DNA from: an uncultured bacterium
GTDB lineage: Bacteria; Bacteroidota; Rhodothermia; Rhodothermales; CAZKDQ01
DNA length: 10,628 bases
Direction: 5' to 3'
NCBI GenBank assembly: GCA_965652945.1
Contig: CBFGXY010000035.1
Coordinates: 1-10,628 of the forward strand
Shown: piece by piece, positions 6,621-10,628 of the stretch
Layout of the letters: every line of letters starts with the position of its first letter
Numbering within the stretch: the first letter of the stretch is position 1
Notes under the pieces: generated by a model
Told to the model about the DNA's origin: nothing
Database searches by the model: none
The model's input: only the letters and a program-made list of their open reading frames with translations
Made by a program: the position numbers and the translations under genes

Positions 6621-8195
6621 TTAAGATGGATTCTGCGGCAACGCGTCCTGGCGGAATCCGGCTCTGCTGAGTTCGAGTACGCGGTCTGCAATTGCACGTT
6701 CCTCGCTCATACGGGGCACTTTCGTTTGTCCACTCACTTTTCCTTTTACATCCTTCAGCCAGATGTAAAAAGCGCCCCGAGGAAGCGGCGTCACGGTCGG
6801 CATGTCAAACGCCTTCGCCTCTCGCCGGATCTGGTAATGACGATTCACGCGCTGGAGGTATTCGTCCAATTGAGTAGCGAATGATCGTATATCGACAGGT
6901 TCGGTCTCAAACTCAATCAACCATTCGTGGCTGGGAAGTGTTGCCTGATCGGGAAGTCTGGGTGCCAGGTGGAATTCGAGCACCTGAGCCCCGGTGGCCG
7001 CTGCGGCATGTTGAATCGCGGCGCGGGCTTCCTCCCCAAACACCGCTTCTCCGAAGCGATCCACCATCTCGCTGGTTCGACCTGCGACCAGAATCCGATG
7101 CGGACAGGTTGACGTGAATCGAACGACGTCGCCAACATTGTAGGTCCAGAGCCCACTGCACGTCGATACGAAGACGGCGTATCGCACATTGGTTTCCACT
7201 TCCGTGATCGAGAGTCGGGGCGGATCGGATTCCCCCAGGCGATCCATGGGGACGAACTCGAAGAACACGCCGTTGTCCAGATGAAGCAGCATCGACGGAT
7301 CATCGATCAGATCCTGAAAGGAGAAAAATCCTTCCGATGCACCGTAGGTCTCGATGAAATGCACATCCGGCTTTCCAATTGCCTGCGCGAGTAACGGCTT
7401 ATAAGAGCGAAGCGCAACGCCCCCCGTCATGACGACCTGGAGATTCGGCCAAACATCGGTCACCTTCGTCGCGTTTCGCCCATATTTCCGGTTGTAGCGG
7501 TCGATGAGAGTCTTGAACAAAACGAGGCCCCATGTTGGTGCCATCACCATCAGCCTTACATCCTGATCCATCGTGTGATCAGCCACGGCGGCCAATTTCT
7601 GCTCCCAGTTCGGCAGAAACGAGATTTCATTGGGCACCGCCTGCAGAAGACGCGAAAAGAAACGAGGGGCATTCTCTGCCTGCAGACCACTAACCTCGCC
7701 GATAAGGTTACCCGGATACTCTTCACTTTCCTCTATCCGGCCGGGCAATGTGAGATGGCGTCCGAATAGAAAATTCGGGTTCCGTGACTGTACCAGGTAG
7801 TTTACCCCCGTCTCCACACTGAACCGTTTGTTAGCATTGAGCATCTCAAGGCTGACCGGAATGATCTTTCCGGCAGATGCCGTTCCACTCGAGACGGCGA
7901 AATGGGTGTGCGACCCAGGCCAGATGATATCTTTATCGCCTCTTCGGATGCGCTCTACATCCGATTTCAAATCCTCATACTCATGGAGGGGGACCTCCTT
8001 GCGGTACTTGTCTACGAGATTCTTTTCCCGTGCCAGTCCAGCGAAATGGTACCGGCGTCCCCACTCCGTATCCGCCGCCTTGACGAGAAGTTTGCGGAGA
8101 AGTCTCGTCTGTACTTCCTGGGGTCGGGACTTGAACCGTTCGATGCGGCGCAGGGGCGGCAGTTTCGGAATCTGTCGGCTTACAAATGGGTGCAT
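6621..8195 (-). CDS. GH3-family protein, a bacterial homologue of plant auxin-responsive GH3/JAR1 acyl-acid amido synthetases (ANL adenylate-forming superfamily)
   Basis: The 524-aa product starts at ATG. It has the GH3-type motifs HFAVSSGTASAGKIIPVS (phosphate-binding loop SSGT..GK), ETYGASEGF (the YxSSE-like motif) and GLWTYNVGDVVRF (the YRYRxGDxV-like motif). Its N-terminus (...EVQTRLLRKLLVKAADTEWGRRY) is typical of bacterial GH3 homologues. Confidence 0.8.
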   Translation of the reverse strand: MHPFVSRQIPKLPPLRRIERFKSRPQEVQTRLLRKLLVKAADTEWGRRYHFAGLAREKNLVDKYRKEVPLHEYEDLKSDVERIRRGDKDIIWPGSHTHFAVSSGTASAGKIIPVSLEMLNANKRFSVETGVNYLVQSRNPNFLFGRHLTLPGRIEESEEYPGNLIGEVSGLQAENAPRFFSRLLQAVPNEISFLPNWEQKLAAVADHTMDQDVRLMVMAPTWGLVLFKTLIDRYNRKYGRNATKVTDVWPNLQVVMTGGVALRSYKPLLAQAIGKPDVHFIETYGASEGFFSFQDLIDDPSMLLHLDNGVFFEFVPMDRLGESDPPRLSITEVETNVRYAVFVSTCSGLWTYNVGDVVRFTSTCPHRILVAGRTSEMVDRFGEAVFGEEARAAIQHAAAATGAQVLEFHLAPRLPDQATLPSHEWLIEFETEPVDIRSFATQLDEYLQRVNRHYQIRREAKAFDMPTVTPLPRGAFYIWLKDVKGKVSGQTKVPRMSEERAIADRVLELSRAGFRQDALPQNPS

Positions 8196-8316
8196 TAGGG
8201 GTGGATGGCGTTATTCAGGCCCGGTGCTAACGGTTGAACCAATGTATGCGTTTCTTGGACGGGAACTATCGTAGATTCGAGGGCTGATACGCGCAAGTCT
8301 AACACGCACATCTCTC

Positions 8317-9222
8317 TTGGTGGAAACGGATCCACATATTCTCGATTGCCGCGGGCTTCGGCTTGATTGCCGTCCTGGACGGAATGCTGCGCCACACGTG
8401 ATGGGAATCCTGAACGTCACGCCCGACTCGTTTTCGGACGGGGGACGGTTTTTCTCTCTTGATGACGCCCTTCGGCGAGCCGACGAACTGATCCAAGAGG
8501 GTGCTGCATTGATCGATGTGGGTGGTGAATCTACTCGGCCGAAAGGTGCCGCATACGGCCGTGGTGCGGATGTGGTGCTTGAAGAGGAAGAGATTCGAAG
8601 AGTGGTGCCGGTTACCGAAGCAATTGCCCGCCGGTTTCCAACGACGATTATATCCGTCGATACCTATAAACCGGAAGTTGCTCGGCGCGCTCTTGATGCC
8701 GGTGCGCACATGGTCAACGACGTGACCGGCCTGAGGCTGAATGATCAGATTGCCCGCCTGGCCGCCGATGCCGGTGCGCCGCTGATACTTATGCATTCGC
8801 TGGGCAAACCGGGCGCGATGCCGCACGATCACGCATATGAGGATGTTGTCTCCGACGTCAAGGCTTCGCTGTCTGATTCCATTCGCACAGCGGAGCGCGC
8901 GGGAGTGAAGCACGTGGTTGTGGACCCAGGCTTCGGGTTCGGTAAGACACCGGAGGAAAACCTCAGGCTGATTCGGAACTTGAGATCCTTCCACGAGCTG
9001 GGGCGTCCTGTGCTTGTGGGATTGTCGAGGAAAAGCACGATCGGCGCATTTCTGGGCAGCCCGCACGAGCCTCGGCCGGTGGAAGGAAGGCTCTTCGGCA
9101 CCCTGGGAGCCACCGCGGTAGCTGCGCTCAATGGCGCCTCGATCATCCGATCGCACGACGTTGCGGCGACTGTCGACTTCCTCGTACTGCTGAAGGCAAC
9201 CGCCTACGAACCATCCAACTGA
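8317..9222 (+). CDS. folP: Dihydropteroate synthase. The start codon is uncertain: TTG 8317, GTG 8320 or ATG 8401.
   Basis: The product carries the DHPS motifs VMGILNVTPDSFSDGG, GAHMVNDVTG, DPGFGFGKT and IRSHDVAATVD. Length is about 273-301 aa depending on the start. The frame opens after TAG at 8272-8274 and has no ATG before 8401. Confidence 0.85.
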   Translation: MVETDPHILDCRGLRLDCRPGRNAAPHVMGILNVTPDSFSDGGRFFSLDDALRRADELIQEGAALIDVGGESTRPKGAAYGRGADVVLEEEEIRRVVPVTEAIARRFPTTIISVDTYKPEVARRALDAGAHMVNDVTGLRLNDQIARLAADAGAPLILMHSLGKPGAMPHDHAYEDVVSDVKASLSDSIRTAERAGVKHVVVDPGFGFGKTPEENLRLIRNLRSFHELGRPVLVGLSRKSTIGAFLGSPHEPRPVEGRLFGTLGATAVAALNGASIIRSHDVAATVDFLVLLKATAYEPSN

Positions 9223-9458
9223 ATACTTTACCGAATGTCTGGTCCGTCGCGTAGTTTGTGGCCCGCCGTTGGTGATTCTATCTTTTGAGCTCGCTCAAGG
9301 CCGTTGAGAAACAGATCCCGTCCTCCTTTCATGTCGTCGGCTTTCCCGCATAACCCGTCGGTACCGAGTTGGGCCGCCGGTTCCGATCAGGATATTGTGG
9401 CCGCTGAATTGCCGGCGATGCATTCAGTTCTCTGCCGATCAATCCAACTGCCTGGGAC

Positions 9459-10265
9459 GTGACGATCATTCCCTGGGTCATACCGATTCGGCTTGTCGAT
9501 CTTCTCGAGATCGGCATTTTTGCCTATATCCTGTACCGTCTCTATCAGATGATGCGCGGCACAATTGCCGTGCAGATTTCGTTCGGGGTGCTGGCCCTGT
9601 ACCTGGTGCAGGTGATAGTTACGGCTCTGGAGATGCGGATGATGAGTTCGCTCTTTAGATCTCTCGGTGAGGTTGCGCTACTGGCAGTTATTATCCTGTT
9701 TCAGCCGGAAATCCGTCGGCTTCTATTGTTGATTGGTCAGAATCCTTTCATCCGTCGCCTGATGAGTTCATCGGCGAAAGATGACATGATCGATGAGGTG
9801 GTTGCCGCGGCGCGACATATGAGCAAACACCGAATTGGGGCGCTAATCGTGTTTGAGCGATCAACGGGCTTGAGAAGCTACATTGAAACGGGAACGATGC
9901 TTCAAGCCAGGCTCACTCGCGAGCTCCTGATCACGATATTTTATTCCCAGAATCCGCTCCACGATGGTGCGGTGATCATCCGCAGTCGTAGAATAGAAGC
10001 CGCACGATGTATCTTGCCGGTTTCAACGAGCATGACGCTTAGTCCGCAGGTTGGCCTTCGGCATCGTTCGGCTGTGGGCCTCACGGAGCAGACCGATGCT
10101 TTTGTCGTGGTCGTATCTGAGGAGACGGGTATCATATCGGTGGCCCGCGACGGTAACCTTACCTCGAACCTGTCGGTGGCCGAATTACGAGAACAATTGA
10201 CGTCTGCGTTGACACAGCAATCGGTCGATAGGGACCCGGAATTGAGCACTGCAGAGACGCCCTGA
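9459..10265 (+). CDS. cdaA: Diadenylate cyclase (c-di-AMP synthase) CdaA/DacA with a GTG start
   Basis: The N-terminus has three TM segments. The DAC domain carries [10 protein letters not shown] and [34 protein letters not shown] (the DGA and RHR catalytic motifs). An in-frame TGA lies at 9405-9407, and the only plausible start between it and the first TM helix is GTG 9459. Confidence 0.85.
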   Translation: MTIIPWVIPIRLVDLLEIGIFAYILYRLYQMMRGTIAVQISFGVLALYLVQVIVTALEMRMMSSLFRSLGEVALLAVIILFQPEIRRLLLLIGQNPFIRRLMSSSAKDDMIDEVVAAARHMSKHRIGALIVFERSTGLRSYIETGTMLQARLTRELLITIFYSQNPLHDGAVIIRSRRIEAARCILPVSTSMTLSPQVGLRHRSAVGLTEQTDAFVVVVSEETGIISVARDGNLTSNLSVAELREQLTSALTQQSVDRDPELSTAETP

Positions 10266-10270
10266 TACGA

Positions 10271-10628
10271 ATGCCGGCAGAAAGACTTTACCAGCGGAAA
10301 CGAGAGTTGCTCGTCGAGCAACTTCGGTCTAAGGGGATCGACGATGAACGAGTCCTTCGGGCTATCGGTGCGATTCCTCGGCATTTGTTCGTCGACCGAG
10401 CTCTGCGCCGGCGCGCGTACGAGGACGAGGCCCTCCCGATCGGGCTCAAGCAGACGATATCGCAGCCTTTTACGGTAGCGTATCAGACGATGCTTCTGGA
10501 CGTTCAGAAGAATGACCGCATACTTGAAATAGGTACGGGAAGCGGCTACCAGGCAGCGGTGCTGTGCGAGATGGGAGCGAGAGTATTCTCGATCGAACGG
10601 CATCGTCCGCTTCTGGACCGGACGAAGC
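10271..10628 (+). CDS. pcm: Protein-L-isoaspartate(D-aspartate) O-methyltransferase. It runs to the window edge, so the 3' end is outside the window.
   Basis: The ATG at 10271 lies 5 bp after the cdaA stop. The translation [41 protein letters not shown]...[46 protein letters not shown] contains the hallmark TISQP and EIGTGSGYQ (SAM-binding) motifs of PCMT. It is absent from the ORF track only because no stop is reached. Confidence 0.8.
   Translation, partial: MPAERLYQRKRELLVEQLRSKGIDDERVLRAIGAIPRHLFVDRALRRRAYEDEALPIGLKQTISQPFTVAYQTMLLDVQKNDRILEIGTGSGYQAAVLCEMGARVFSIERHRPLLDRTK

Noticed and set aside
8697-8784. Direct repeat GATGCCGGTGCGC occurring twice within folP
   Set aside because: It is a 13-bp coincidence encoding two DAGA peptide segments in the same protein and has no structural significance.
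8299-9156. 285-aa minus-strand ORF
   Set aside because: It lies entirely antisense to dihydropteroate synthase, which has unmistakable motifs. The translation is Arg-rich and low-complexity.
9395-9658. 87-aa plus-strand ORF spanning the folP-cdaA spacer and the cdaA start
   Set aside because: It is out of frame with cdaA and overlaps its confirmed N-terminal TM region. The translation is Cys/Arg/Asp-rich and not protein-like.
9941-10603. 220-aa minus-strand ORF
   Set aside because: It lies antisense to the cdaA 3' end and the pcm 5' end, both with diagnostic motifs in the plus frame.
1-10628. Mobile elements, CRISPR arrays, tRNA or rRNA genes, and prophage or defence islands
   Set aside because: There are no transposase, integrase or recombinase-like ORFs, no terminal inverted repeats, no arrays of regularly spaced direct repeats, and no tRNA-like cloverleaf candidates in the intergenic regions. 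Gene content is housekeeping and base composition appears uniform.

Overview
This window reads as a chromosomal housekeeping region from a GC-rich bacterium (GC estimated by eye, not computed). The organism is probably in the Bacteroidetes/Rhodothermaeota/Chlorobi (FCB) group. Two things point that way: the short primary sigma factor that lacks region 1.1, and the folP-cdaA adjacency. Ten coding regions are supported, with no RNA genes, CRISPR arrays, transposases or integrases. In order they are a 5'-open NfeD-like gene, a flotillin/SPFH gene that forms the classic NfeD-flotillin pair with it, and a convergent 195-aa hypothetical protein with no recognisable domain. Next comes a divergently transcribed 970-aa secreted protein, a short RpoD-like sigma-70, a bacterial GH3-family adenylating enzyme, dihydropteroate synthase, diadenylate cyclase CdaA, and a 3'-truncated protein-L-isoaspartate O-methyltransferase. 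The most unusual element is the 970-aa protein. It fuses a signal peptide, an HExxH...EGLAQY gluzincin-like domain, TolB/PD40-type beta-propeller repeats and an Omp85-like C-terminal barrel ending in Phe. Secondary observations include a perfect 16-bp palindrome in the divergent promoter region, a bidirectional intrinsic terminator, and a long folP-cdaA spacer holding a 43-codon ORF that overlaps the cdaA GTG start. The GH3 homologue sits directly upstream of rpoD with no terminator between them. Nothing in the window looks like a coherent novel multi-gene system; the candidates for novelty are single genes.
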